DNA of 64,000 nt from a virus (taxonomy: Duplodnaviria > Caudoviricetes), in the IMG/VR virus record IMGVR_UViG_649633106_000001; one strand, written 5' to 3'. Under the pieces are notes generated by a model, which worked only from the letters and a program-made list of their open reading frames with translations, was not told the DNA's origin and did no database searches. Every line of letters starts with the position of its first letter. The stretch's first letter is position 1. This document shows, piece by piece, positions 17,227-27,213 of the stretch. The position numbers and the translations under genes are program-made.

Positions 17227-17756
17227 AGCGCAGCGCGCCGCTCATGCGCACCGGGTTCAAGCGCCGTCAGCCGAAGGTCATCGGTGTGGATCTCGCTTCG
17301 GGCCCGGACCGCACAGTGATCGCGAAGGTGCTGCCGGTGCCCGGCCGAATCGTCCGCATGGTCGCTATCAACGACGCCGACTTCCGGGGCGCCGTGCCGA
17401 AGACCGCTCCGCAGCGCAACCCCGCGCTGCTGGCGATGGCCAGAGGACAGCGATGCCTGCTGCAGGTGCCAGGCGTGTGCCGGCCGGATCCGGCCACCAC
17501 GGTCGCGTGCCACAGCAACCAGTCGGTGCACGGCAAGGCCGGCGCGCGCAAGGCTGACGACCAATGGCACGTGTACGGCTGTGATGCCTGCCACCGATGG
17601 CTCGACCAAGGGTCCGCACCGGCGGAAGAGAAGGTGGAGCGGTTCAGCACTGCTCACCGCTGGATGGTTGCCATCTGGCAAGACATCGTGGCGGGCATGC
17701 AGCCGGCCACACCCCGCGAGCGCCGCGCCGCCGAATGGGCGCTGGCCAGAATTTAA
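17223..17756 (+). CDS. DUF1364/YbcO-like His-Me nuclease-domain protein
   Basis: ARGQRCLLQVPGVC..TTVACHSN..KADD..CDACH. Confidence 0.8.
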   Translation: MKRSAPLMRTGFKRRQPKVIGVDLASGPDRTVIAKVLPVPGRIVRMVAINDADFRGAVPKTAPQRNPALLAMARGQRCLLQVPGVCRPDPATTVACHSNQSVHGKAGARKADDQWHVYGCDACHRWLDQGSAPAEEKVERFSTAHRWMVAIWQDIVAGMQPATPRERRAAEWALARI

Positions 17757-17772
17757 CGAGGAGAACAATCGA

Positions 17773-18327
17773 ATGGCAGATGCCCGCAAATCCACTACCG
17801 CCCTGGTGCTCGAGGCGGTGCAAGACCTGCACGCCCAGGAGCAGATCGTCACCCGCGAGACGCTGGCCGAGCTCACTGGCCTGAAGTTGAGCGTGATCGA
17901 CGACCGCGTGGGCACCCTGGCCGACGATGGCGCGATCCTGCGCGTGCAGCGCGGGGTGTACGTGCCGGCGCCGCAGCACCCGCCGGCCCGCCCGATGTCG
18001 AAGACCGTAATGCCCAACGGCATGGTCAAGATTGAGATTGGCGACGACGTACTCACGCTGACGCCTCGAGAGGACCGCTCGCTCGCCAACCTCATGGCTG
18101 GCGCAGCGGCCCAAGCCGCGGCAATCGAGGCCGGCCGGAACTCTGCCATCTTGGCGGCCGAGCTTGGGGAAGAGGTGAAACGTCTGCGGCGGCAAGTAAA
18201 CGCACTAGAAGTCCGGGTCAATCCTGGTCAGGGTCAACTGTTCGCTGCGATCGTCCAAACGAGTAAGGAAGCGGCCAACGGGACTTCATACGCGCCCTTA
18301 TGCGCCCCTGAAGCCAAGTCACGGTAG
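17773..18327 (+). CDS. wHTH protein at the end of the early operon; candidate late activator
   Basis: TRETLAELTGLKLSVIDDRVGTL..RVQRGVY; GAGGAG SD; occupies the Q position. Confidence 0.7.
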   Translation: MADARKSTTALVLEAVQDLHAQEQIVTRETLAELTGLKLSVIDDRVGTLADDGAILRVQRGVYVPAPQHPPARPMSKTVMPNGMVKIEIGDDVLTLTPREDRSLANLMAGAAAQAAAIEAGRNSAILAAELGEEVKRLRRQVNALEVRVNPGQGQLFAAIVQTSKEAANGTSYAPLCAPEAKSR

Positions 18328-18582
18328 TGGGCCTCGAACCCGCAGCTGGAGTTTCCAACACAAGCCTATGACCAGCCCGCTTGAAGGAGCCGCCTTTGCA
18401 CCGAACCTCACCCGCATATGATGCAATTCGGGCCGCGGACGAGGCAGCATGACAAACTGCTTCACGATTTGCTTGCGAAGCTCGCGCGAGGTTGCGGCGG
18501 CACTTACACAGCTCGCAATGGCCCTGCGGGCTCTCTCGCATAGCGCAGCTGTAGTCGGTAATTCAACACTACGATTCGTCAT
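18319..18582 (-). CDS. Possible small protein downstream of the response regulator
   Basis: 87-aa ORF, no recognisable motif. Confidence 0.3.
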   Translation of the reverse strand: MTNRSVELPTTAALCERARRAIASCVSAAATSRELRKQIVKQFVMLPRPRPELHHMRVRFGAKAAPSSGLVIGLCWKLQLRVRGPLP

Positions 18583-18613
18583 TGCTGCACCTGAGAAGTG
18601 GCCAGCTTCTGGC

Positions 18614-19246
18614 TCAGTCGATCAGCTGGGCTTTCATCGCGTAGTAGGTGAGATCACTGTTTGAAGAGAGATTCATCTTTTCCATCAGGCGCGTGCGATA
18701 GGTGCTGATGGTCTTCACGGACAGCGACAGCTCCTCGCCTATCGTACCGACGGACTCGCCTTGTGCCAGCTTCAGGAACACCTGAAACTCGCGTTCAGAC
18801 AGGTGTTTGTGAGGTGGCGCATTGTCTTTGCGGTCCAGTTCGCCGGCGAGGAGCTCGGCAACCTTTGGAGAAATATAGCGGCGTCCCAGTGCAACCGTGC
18901 GAATCGCTGTTGCAATCTCCTGGGGATCGCAATCCTTGTTCAGATAACCGGAGGCGCCTTGGCGGATCAAGTTCAGTGCATAGTGTTCCGCGGGGTGGCC
19001 GCTGAGCATGAGCACGCCGATGTCCGGAGCCTTCGCGCGAATCATGGCGAGAGCATCGATGCCACTTTGGCCGGGCATCGACAAGTCCATGACGAGCACA
19101 TCCAGATCAGTGCTGCGCACAAGATCGATGGCCTCGCGGCCAGAACCAGCCTCCCCGACCACACGGAACTCGACGAACGATGTCAAAAACGCCTTGATTC
19201 CTGCGCGAACGATGGCGTGGTCATCTACGAGGCCGATCTTGATCAT
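18614..19246 (-). CDS. NarL/UvrY-family response regulator (REC + LuxR HTH)
   Basis: LVDDHAIVR, MDLSMPG, GYLNK, LSEREFQV..LSVKTISTYR. Confidence 0.95.
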   Translation of the reverse strand: MIKIGLVDDHAIVRAGIKAFLTSFVEFRVVGEAGSGREAIDLVRSTDLDVLVMDLSMPGQSGIDALAMIRAKAPDIGVLMLSGHPAEHYALNLIRQGASGYLNKDCDPQEIATAIRTVALGRRYISPKVAELLAGELDRKDNAPPHKHLSEREFQVFLKLAQGESVGTIGEELSLSVKTISTYRTRLMEKMNLSSNSDLTYYAMKAQLID

Positions 19247-19443
19247 TTGAGTTCCTGAGGCATAGAGGGAAAGGGATGCGGAGAGAGGACGCACGATGCC
19301 ACGGCGCTCCCCTACTTTCTCTTGCACGGGCATTTGTCCTGCACAAAGGCAAGTAGATCTTGTAATTTGTGGGGAAAAAACTCGAAGTAAAGACGTTTTC
19401 CGTCGATTTGGGCAGAATGAGCGTTTTCATTGTTGGCATCGCC

Positions 19444-20250
19444 ATGAATCTCCAGCAACGCAACAACATTCACGTGCAAGGCGATGGCAAGCAGACCATG
19501 ATCTTCGCGCACGGTTTTGGCTGTGATCAGAACATGTGGCGTTTCATGGCGCCGCGCTTTGCTGACCGCTTCCGCGTCATCACTTTGGATCTTGTTGGAG
19601 CCGGTGGGTCCGACCTGCGCGCCTACGATCGATCCAAGTATGCGAGCCTGCAGGGGTACGCAGATGATTTGATAGAGATTGCGTGCGAGTATGGGATCGG
19701 TCCTGTGCAATTCGTTGGTCATTCGGTCAGCGCGATGATCGGCATGCTGGCTGACCTCAAGGCGCCAGGCACCTTCGCCTCTCACATGATGATTGGCCCC
19801 TCGCCTTGCTACATCAACGAGGGGGACTACGTCGGTGGCTTCACGCACGAAGACATTGATTCCTTGCTGGACACGCTGGAAAGCAACTATCTGGGCTGGG
19901 CGAGCAACATGGCGCCGGCGATCATGGGCGTGCCTGACCGGCCCGAACTCGGTGCCGAGCTGACGGCCAGCTTTTGCCGGACGGACCCGGAGATCGCCAA
20001 GCAGTTTGCGAAGGTCACTTTCATGTCCGACAACCGGAAGGATCTCCCAGATTTCCGGACTCCGACGTTGATCATTCAGTCTTCGGACGATCTGATCGCT
20101 CCGATGGCCGTCGGTGACTACATGCACCGCGCTTTGCCCCATAGCATGTTGCGCGTTGTGACGAACATCGGTCACTGCCCGCATCTAAGCGCCCCCAGCG
20201 AGAGCAGTGACGCGATGGATGAATTTCTCGACAGGCTCGACCGGCCGTAA
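19444..20250 (+). CDS. rsbQ: RsbQ/KAI2-like alpha/beta hydrolase
   Basis: HGFGCDQNMW, GHSVSAMIG (Ser), SPCYIN, DDLIAP (Asp), GHCPHLS (His); 268 aa. Confidence 0.92.
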   Translation: MNLQQRNNIHVQGDGKQTMIFAHGFGCDQNMWRFMAPRFADRFRVITLDLVGAGGSDLRAYDRSKYASLQGYADDLIEIACEYGIGPVQFVGHSVSAMIGMLADLKAPGTFASHMMIGPSPCYINEGDYVGGFTHEDIDSLLDTLESNYLGWASNMAPAIMGVPDRPELGAELTASFCRTDPEIAKQFAKVTFMSDNRKDLPDFRTPTLIIQSSDDLIAPMAVGDYMHRALPHSMLRVVTNIGHCPHLSAPSESSDAMDEFLDRLDRP

Positions 20251-20255
20251 CTGCC

Positions 20256-21383
20256 ATGACTAGCCCCTTGCCGGATGTTGGCGCGCTCTTCGACGAGGCG
20301 CCTTGCGGCATGCTTGTGACCGCTCTGGACGGGACCATTCTGAAGGTCAACGTCACGTTCTGCGAGTGGGTTGGCATGGCTCGCGAAGAGCTCGTCGAGA
20401 AGAAGCGACTGCAAGACATGTTCACCATGGGCGGACGAATCTTTCACCAGACTCACTGGGCACCCTCCCTGCAGATGCAGGGTTCTTTGGCGGAAGTGAA
20501 GTTCGAGGTTCGTCATCGCGACGGCACGACCATTCCCATGATCCTGAACGCTCGGCGCCGCAAACGAGCTGAAGGCGAGTTCGACGAAGTTGCGGCGTTC
20601 GTCGCGCAAGACCGAAACCGCTACGAGCGAGAACTCATGAACGCGCGGAAGAAGGCGGATTCTTTGCTGGAAGCGGAGCGTCAAGCGCAGCACCTGCTGA
20701 GAGATCGAGCTCTTTTTGCCGAGCAGATGGTCGGCATCGTCAGCCACGACCTGCGCAACCCCTTGTCGGCAATTCTTATGGGGGTGCAGTTACTTGCGCG
20801 TGTGGAGAAAGAGCGTCGAACTCGCGTGCTCGGCCATGTCCGCGACTCGGCAGAGCGGGCTCAGCGCCTTATCGAAGAGCTTCTCGACTTCACCCAGGCG
20901 CGCATCGGAAAAGGTTTGTCGGTCAAGCTCGGTGAAATCGATCTTCACGAGGTTGCAGCACATGCAGTTGACGAACTGGGCCTTGCGTTTCCGAACCGGA
21001 AGATCATGCATGTCGTGCGGGGAGAGGGGCATTGCATTGCTGATGCTGACCGACTTGCGCAGCTTATAGGGAATTTGGCAAGCAACGCGGCAACCTACGG
21101 GCTTCCGGGAACGCCCATCATCGTTCGAACCGAGACCGATGGAGCGAGCGCGACGCTTTCGATAGAGAACCAAGGGGCCCCGATCCCAGCTGAGATGGTC
21201 GCAACGCTGTTTGAGCCTATGGTGAGAGGCGTGGGGGCAGGCAACTCGACACGAAGTGTTGGGCTTGGCCTCTTCATCGTGAACGAAATTTCCAAATCGC
21301 ACGGCGGCGAGATGGAGGTTGTTTCTTCCTCGGAGGAAGGGACTAGATTCGTGATGCGTTTTTCCAGTATGGGCCCCCTATAG
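20256..21383 (+). CDS. Cytoplasmic PAS histidine kinase
   Basis: PAS (APCG..NVTFCEWVG..GRIFHQTH), SHDLRNPL H-box, NLASNA, GLGLFIV; no TM. Confidence 0.93.
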   Translation: MTSPLPDVGALFDEAPCGMLVTALDGTILKVNVTFCEWVGMAREELVEKKRLQDMFTMGGRIFHQTHWAPSLQMQGSLAEVKFEVRHRDGTTIPMILNARRRKRAEGEFDEVAAFVAQDRNRYERELMNARKKADSLLEAERQAQHLLRDRALFAEQMVGIVSHDLRNPLSAILMGVQLLARVEKERRTRVLGHVRDSAERAQRLIEELLDFTQARIGKGLSVKLGEIDLHEVAAHAVDELGLAFPNRKIMHVVRGEGHCIADADRLAQLIGNLASNAATYGLPGTPIIVRTETDGASATLSIENQGAPIPAEMVATLFEPMVRGVGAGNSTRSVGLGLFIVNEISKSHGGEMEVVSSSEEGTRFVMRFSSMGPL

Positions 21384-21415
21384 GGTTCGACCCGGCCGCC
21401 GATGGCGGGAAGACT
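21374..21415 (+). promoter_or_regulatory. Late promoter motif copy 1 (terS)
   Basis: CCCCCTATAGGGTT, AAGACT at +29, ATG 21423. Confidence 0.75.
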
Positions 21416-21422
21416 CACGTGC

Positions 21423-22382
21423 ATGGCATCTCGCAAGCCGGCCAAGAAGCACGCACCCGCATCGAAGAAGACCACCACCAAGCCCGCAGCCGCCAAGAAG
21501 GCCGCGGGCGCACCTGCGCGCAAGAAGGCTCCGCCCGCCAAGGCGACGAAGAAGAAGCCGGCTCGACCAGTTCGCCCAGCACCAGCATCCCAACCCGCGC
21601 AGCTAGTAGTTACTGACCTTCAACAGCGCTTCGTCGACGAGTATCTGGTCGACCTGAACGGCACCCAGGCTGCCATCCGAGCCGGATACAGCCCAGACAG
21701 CGCCCGGCAGATGGCGTCCGAGAACCTGTCAAAACCGTACATCCAGGCTGCTATCGCTGCCGCACGGAAGCTGCAACAGGAGCGCACCCAGGTCGATGCC
21801 GATCGCGTGGTGACGGAAGCGTGGAACATCATGCTGGCTGACCCGCGAGAGCTGGTGCAGGTGAAGGTCGGTTGCTGTCGGCATTGTTGGGGCGAGGGCT
21901 TCAAGTTCCAACGCACCATCGGCGAGTTCAATCACGACCAGGAGCAGCACGCCCTGAAGGCTGGCAGCCTGGCTGACTTCGACGAGAAGGGCGGCATCGG
22001 CTTCGATCCGCTCAAGCCACCGCATCCATCCTGCCCAGACTGTGGTGGTGATGGACACGCGCGCACCGTGCTGGCCGACACGCGGCGCCTTTCGCCCCGG
22101 GCCATCGCGCTCTACGCAGGCGCCAAGATGACGAAGTTCGGCATCGAGATCGCCATGCACGACAAGGGCGCGGCGATGGAGAAGCTATTCAAGCACCTCG
22201 GCCTCTACGAGAAGGACAACCAGCAGAAGACCGACCCGCTGGCGGCGCTGCTGCACAGCATCGCCAACGGAAACGGCAATGGGTTCCGGCCTGTCGCGAA
22301 CGACCCTGAGACGCCAGAAGCCCCGACGGGCCCCAACAGCCTGATGCCGCGGGAGGACATCGACGATGGCCGCCCAGGCTAA
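21423..22382 (+). CDS. terS: Terminase small subunit
   Basis: QRFVDEYLVDLNGTQAAIRAGYS; K/A/P-rich N-terminus; CxxC pairs. Confidence 0.92.
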   Translation: MASRKPAKKHAPASKKTTTKPAAAKKAAGAPARKKAPPAKATKKKPARPVRPAPASQPAQLVVTDLQQRFVDEYLVDLNGTQAAIRAGYSPDSARQMASENLSKPYIQAAIAAARKLQQERTQVDADRVVTEAWNIMLADPRELVQVKVGCCRHCWGEGFKFQRTIGEFNHDQEQHALKAGSLADFDEKGGIGFDPLKPPHPSCPDCGGDGHARTVLADTRRLSPRAIALYAGAKMTKFGIEIAMHDKGAAMEKLFKHLGLYEKDNQQKTDPLAALLHSIANGNGNGFRPVANDPETPEAPTGPNSLMPREDIDDGRPG

Positions 22383-24141
22383 ACAGGCGTCGGGCCTGGC
22401 CGACACCGGCACGCTCGACGAAGACGACACCGGCACGCTCGATGAAGACAACACCGCGCTGGACGTAGAGGCCGGCCGCGCGGTCGACGTGCAGCTCGGG
22501 CATCGCTGGGACAACCGGCGCCGACCCAAGCGCGGGCCGCACATCGCCAAGCACGCCGAGCTCCTGCCCACCAACGCGGCGGAGCTCGAGCGCTGCCTGC
22601 GCGACCCGGAATGGCGCCTGTTCAGCGGTTGCCTGTACCAGATCATCGTCAAGGGCGAGCCGGTCAAGAACGATGCGGGCGAGATCATCGACGAGGGCGA
22701 TTCCTTCGTCATGCCGTTCAAGCCAAACCGGGCCCAGCGGCGCTTCATCACGCGGCTCTGGCACCGCAACGCCATCCTCAAGGCCCGGCAGCTCGGCTTC
22801 ACCACGCTGATTGCCATCCTCTGGCTCGACCACGCGCTGTTCAACGGGAACCAGCGCTGCGGGATGATTGCCCAGGACCGCGAGACGGCCGAGGCCATCT
22901 TCCGCGACAAGGTGGTGTTCGCCTACGACCACCTGCCTGAAGAGATCCGCCAGCGCTTCCCGCTCGCCCGCGCCAGCACGAAGGAACTGCTGTTCGGCCA
23001 CAACAACAGCAGCATCCGCGTGGCCACCAGCGTGCGCGGCGGCACCATCCACCGCCTGCACGTCTCCGAGTTCGGGAAGATCTGCGCGAAGTTCCCTGCG
23101 AAGGCCAACGAAGTGGTCACCGGCTCGTTCCAGGCCGTGCCGCTGTCGGGCATCTTGGTCATCGAGAGCACCGCCGAAGGCACCGAGGGCGAGTTCTACG
23201 AGATATGCCAGCGCGCGCAGGCCCTGGTCGCGGGAGCGCGCAAGCTCACGCCCAGCCAGTACCGCTTCCACTTCTATGCGTGGTGGCAGGACCCGAACTA
23301 CTCGATCGACCCGGTCGGTGTTCCGATCAGCCCAGAGCAGCACGACTACTTCGACGAGCTCGAGACGAAGGTCGACGTCAAGATAGACCCGGCCCAGCGC
23401 GCCTGGTACGTTGAGAAGCTGCGCAACGACTTCTCCGGCAAAGAGGAGCGCATGTGGCAGGAGTACCCCTCGACGCCCGAGGAGGCATTCCAGCAGTCCA
23501 CCGCCGGCCACTACTACGCGAAGGACATGGTGCTGCTGCGCAAACGCGGCGCCATCTGCCAGGTGCCACTGCTGGACCTGCCCGTATTCACGTTCTGGGA
23601 CATCGGGAACAGCGACGGCACGGCGATCTGGTTCATGCAGATGCTGCGCAACGAAGACCGCTTCATCGGTTACTACGAGGAGCACGAGGAGGACCTGCGC
23701 CACTACGCGCGCCACCTCCAAGAGCGCGGCTACCTCTACGGTGGCCACTTCCTGCCTCACGACGCCGACCACAAGCGGCTCGGCGACTACAACCGCAGCA
23801 CTCGAGAGCAGCTGCAGCTTCTGATGCCCGGCCAGGCCTTCTTCATCGTGCCGCGCGTCACCGAGCTGATGACCGGCATCTACAGCGTGCGCAAGCACAT
23901 CAAGGGCGCCTTCTTCGACCTCGATGGCACGAAGCAGGGCATCGAGCGCATCCAGGGCTACAAGAAGAAGTACAGCACCTCGGAGAACCGCTTCATCGAC
24001 CAGCCTGACAAGAGCAACGGCTGCACTGAAGGCGCGGACGCGCTACGCCAATGGGCCCAGGCCAAGGAGCTGGGCATGTTGGCCAACCTCACCCAGAACA
24101 CCGCCTACGTCGAAGCACCGGTCTCCGACTGGCGCGCGTAG
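22366..24141 (+). CDS. terL: Terminase large subunit
   Basis: LKARQLGFTT, LHVSEFG, IESTAEG, FWDIG, ADALR. Confidence 0.95.
   Translation: MAAQAKQASGLADTGTLDEDDTGTLDEDNTALDVEAGRAVDVQLGHRWDNRRRPKRGPHIAKHAELLPTNAAELERCLRDPEWRLFSGCLYQIIVKGEPVKNDAGEIIDEGDSFVMPFKPNRAQRRFITRLWHRNAILKARQLGFTTLIAILWLDHALFNGNQRCGMIAQDRETAEAIFRDKVVFAYDHLPEEIRQRFPLARASTKELLFGHNNSSIRVATSVRGGTIHRLHVSEFGKICAKFPAKANEVVTGSFQAVPLSGILVIESTAEGTEGEFYEICQRAQALVAGARKLTPSQYRFHFYAWWQDPNYSIDPVGVPISPEQHDYFDELETKVDVKIDPAQRAWYVEKLRNDFSGKEERMWQEYPSTPEEAFQQSTAGHYYAKDMVLLRKRGAICQVPLLDLPVFTFWDIGNSDGTAIWFMQMLRNEDRFIGYYEEHEEDLRHYARHLQERGYLYGGHFLPHDADHKRLGDYNRSTREQLQLLMPGQAFFIVPRVTELMTGIYSVRKHIKGAFFDLDGTKQGIERIQGYKKKYSTSENRFIDQPDKSNGCTEGADALRQWAQAKELGMLANLTQNTAYVEAPVSDWRA
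22402..22455 (+). repeat. 24-bp tandem repeat in the terL 5' end
   Basis: GACACCGGCACGCTCGAYGAAGAC x2 plus a partial copy (DTGTLDED). Confidence 0.8.
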
Positions 24142-24150
24142 GAGCACCCA

Positions 24151-26487
24151 ATGAACATGAACAACAGCACCACCACCCCGAGCATCGAGGAAGAGATGGA
24201 CGCCGATGGCGCACTCACCCTTGAGGAATACCGCCAGTTCATCTACGAGATCGAGCAGCAGCCGCCGTGGCGCGCGGTGGCAGACAAGGAGCTCGACTAT
24301 GCCGACGGCAATCAGCTCGACACCGAGCTGCTGCGCGCGCAGAAGGACCTTGGCATTCCGCCGGCGAAGGAGGACCTGATCGGCCCCGCGCTGCTGGCCA
24401 TTCAGGGCTACGAGGCCTCGGTGCGCACCGATTGGCGCGTCTCGCCCAACGGACAGCCGGACGGCCAGGACGTCGCCGACGCCCTGAACTTCCGACTCAA
24501 CGAGGCTGAGCGTCACTCCAAGGCCGACCAGGCATGCTCGAAGGCATTCCGGCCCCAGGCGGCCGTGGGTCTCGGATGGGTGGAGGTCTCGCGCGAGTCG
24601 GACCCTTTCAAGTATCCGTACCGGTGCTCCTCCGTGCACCGCAACGAGATTCACTGGGACTTCTACGCCAAGGAGGACGACCTGAGCGATGCGCGATACC
24701 TGCGCCGAGAGCGCTGGCTGCCGCCAAGCCGCATCGCCAAGGTCTTCCCGAAGCATCGCGAGCTCATTCTCGAATGCGGTCGACATGGCCAGTCCTGGTG
24801 GGTGAACCTGTCTCCCGAAGCGCTCGACGGTGGCAGTTCGACCGGGCTGACGACGGGCGCCTGGGATGCGGCGCGCGGCTGGACGGTGGCCGAGCACAAC
24901 TGGTACGACCCGGTCAGCAAGGACATGTGCGTGGCCGAGCTCTGGTATCGGCGCTGGTCCGAGGCGGTGGTGCTGCGCTCGCCGGACGGCCGCGTGGTGG
25001 AGTACGACCGAGACAACGCGGTGCACAACTACTCACTGGCGCGCGGCCTCGTGCGGCCTCAACACGCCGTCATTCCTCGCGTGCGTCGAAGCTTCTGGCT
25101 TGGCCCACACCGCCTGCATGACGGTCCCAGCCCGTACACCCATCGGCACTTTCCCTACGTGCCGTTCTGGGGGTACCGCGAGGACGGCACGCGCGTTCCA
25201 TACGGTCTGGTGCGCGGCATGATCTTCCAGCAGGACCGGCTCAACAGCGGCACCGCGGCGATGACATGGGGCATGACTGCCTATCGTGTAGAGCGCACCA
25301 AGGGCGCGGTGGCAATGACCGACGAGCAGTTGCGTCGGCAGGTCGGGCGCCGCAACGCCGACATCGTGTTGGACCCGGCTGCAATGTCGCAGCCAGGCGC
25401 CCGGTTCGAGGTGAAGCGCGATGTGCAACTCACCGACCAACAACTGCAGATGCTCAATGACGCGCGAATGGCGCTGGAGCGCGTGTCGCCGGCGGCTGCC
25501 TCGGCGTTCTCCGGCCGGCGCGGTACCGCCACCAGCGGCGTGCAGGAGGATACGCAGGTGGAGCAGGCGAACCAGGGCCTCGCCCACCTGATGGACAACT
25601 TCAAGGCTGCGCGCTCCCAGGTCGGCGAACTGCTGCTGGCGATGATCGTCGAGGACATGGGCCGCGAGCCGCACACCGTCGTGATCGAGGGTGACGCCAT
25701 CACGCCCGATCGCACGATCCTCATCAACAAGCCCGAGACCGATCCGAAGACCGGTGTGGCCTACCTGAGCAACGACCTGCAGCGCACGCGCCTGAAGGTC
25801 GCGCTCCAGGACGTGCCGAGTAGCCCGAGCTACCAAGGTCAGCAGCTCAACGCAATGAGCGAGGCGGTCAAGAGCCTGCCCCCGCAGTACCAGGCCGCGG
25901 CCATGCCTTTCCTGGCCAGCCTCATGAACGTCCCGTTCAAGCGCGACCTGGTGGAGGCGCTTCGCGCAGCTGGCCAGCAGGCCTCTTCAGAAGACATCGA
26001 GAAGCAGATCCAGGAGCGCGTTGCACAGGAGGTCAAGCTGGCCGGTCACGACCTGAAGGCTCGCGAGCTCGACATGAAGGAGCGCCTGACCGACGCGCAG
26101 ATCAAGCAGGTGATGGCGCAGGCAGTGCAGACCGGTGTGCAGGCAGCGTTCGCGGCCATGCAGGGCGGCGCGCAGGTGGCGCAGATGCCGATGATCGCGC
26201 CGATCGCCGACGCCATCATGCAGGGCGCGGGCTACAAGCGGCCCACGCCAGGCGGCGACGATCCCAACTTCCCGACGCCGGCGCAGACCGCGGCGATGAA
26301 CATCAAAGACCCGTACATCCAAGGGCAGGGGGCCGAGCTTGTGGCGCCCGAGGCGCAGGAGGAGGCGGGAGCGGCACCGCCACTGCGCGAGAACACCAGC
26401 CCGACATTCCCCGCGCGAGCTGGTGAGGGCGGGCAGGGCATGGATGGTATCGAGACGGCGCGCACCACCGACAACGTGCCAGCGTGA
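24151..26487 (+). CDS. Portal protein (P22-like, with C-terminal barrel)
   Basis: 778 aa after terL; YADGNQ, HFPYVPFWG, PYGLVRGM..Q. Confidence 0.88.
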   Translation: MNMNNSTTTPSIEEEMDADGALTLEEYRQFIYEIEQQPPWRAVADKELDYADGNQLDTELLRAQKDLGIPPAKEDLIGPALLAIQGYEASVRTDWRVSPNGQPDGQDVADALNFRLNEAERHSKADQACSKAFRPQAAVGLGWVEVSRESDPFKYPYRCSSVHRNEIHWDFYAKEDDLSDARYLRRERWLPPSRIAKVFPKHRELILECGRHGQSWWVNLSPEALDGGSSTGLTTGAWDAARGWTVAEHNWYDPVSKDMCVAELWYRRWSEAVVLRSPDGRVVEYDRDNAVHNYSLARGLVRPQHAVIPRVRRSFWLGPHRLHDGPSPYTHRHFPYVPFWGYREDGTRVPYGLVRGMIFQQDRLNSGTAAMTWGMTAYRVERTKGAVAMTDEQLRRQVGRRNADIVLDPAAMSQPGARFEVKRDVQLTDQQLQMLNDARMALERVSPAAASAFSGRRGTATSGVQEDTQVEQANQGLAHLMDNFKAARSQVGELLLAMIVEDMGREPHTVVIEGDAITPDRTILINKPETDPKTGVAYLSNDLQRTRLKVALQDVPSSPSYQGQQLNAMSEAVKSLPPQYQAAAMPFLASLMNVPFKRDLVEALRAAGQQASSEDIEKQIQERVAQEVKLAGHDLKARELDMKERLTDAQIKQVMAQAVQTGVQAAFAAMQGGAQVAQMPMIAPIADAIMQGAGYKRPTPGGDDPNFPTPAQTAAMNIKDPYIQGQGAELVAPEAQEEAGAAPPLRENTSPTFPARAGEGGQGMDGIETARTTDNVPA

Positions 26488-26491
26488 GTGA

Positions 26492-27157
26492 CTAGGAATC
26501 GCCGAGAAGGGAGGTCTTTCGACCCACACCAGGGACACCATCCGAAGGCGGTGGCTTCAGGAAGAACTCGTAGCCTGGAACGTCTTGCGATGCGTCAAAC
26601 GCCGTCGCCCATTTTTGTTTGTCAGGGTCGGCTGCGCTGTGAAACATGCCTGCCGCCCACTCGGAAAAGTGGATGACCACTTCCTTGGGGCTTGCCTGTG
26701 TCAAATCGAAGGTGCCCCCTGCCTTGGTGAAGGCCGAATACATTGCGATCCCTACGATAGCTTGGATGTCATCCTTTGAGATTTGCACGCGCCTGACATG
26801 GGCCATTCGATTGCGAATTGTTCCAAGGGCTCTTAGACCCGGCTTCGCGCCTGATAGGAGGGCGTGGGTGCTCGGAATCATCCCGACCTTTTGCTCGTAG
26901 CGCAGGCGGAGTTGGTCAAGGTCCAATGCGGGGTGAAGGCGCTGGAGGAACTCTGTGAGGAAAAACTCCACGACTAGATGCGCGTGCAGCACCTGACCCA
27001 ATTCTTCCGAGTCCTGTTGCCAAACGGTGTTGAAGGCTGCGCGCCGTCCTTCCACATTCTTCCAAACCGCTTCGTGTCCTCCGTAGAGCGCGGCGAGTCG
27101 AGCAATCGCAATCTCAGCGGGAAGGAACCACGAATCGGGTGGGGTCTGTTCGGTCAT
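26492..27157 (-). CDS. HEPN-like (MtlR-type) protein, putative RNase effector
   Basis: HLVVE..L, YEQK, IRNRMAH (RxxxxH). Confidence 0.65.
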   Translation of the reverse strand: MTEQTPPDSWFLPAEIAIARLAALYGGHEAVWKNVEGRRAAFNTVWQQDSEELGQVLHAHLVVEFFLTEFLQRLHPALDLDQLRLRYEQKVGMIPSTHALLSGAKPGLRALGTIRNRMAHVRRVQISKDDIQAIVGIAMYSAFTKAGGTFDLTQASPKEVVIHFSEWAAGMFHSAADPDKQKWATAFDASQDVPGYEFFLKPPPSDGVPGVGRKTSLLGDS

Positions 27158-27213
27158 CTTCGGAGCCTAGCAAACATCGCCCTCCGGTCCTTGAAGCATC
27201 GCGAATTTGCGCG

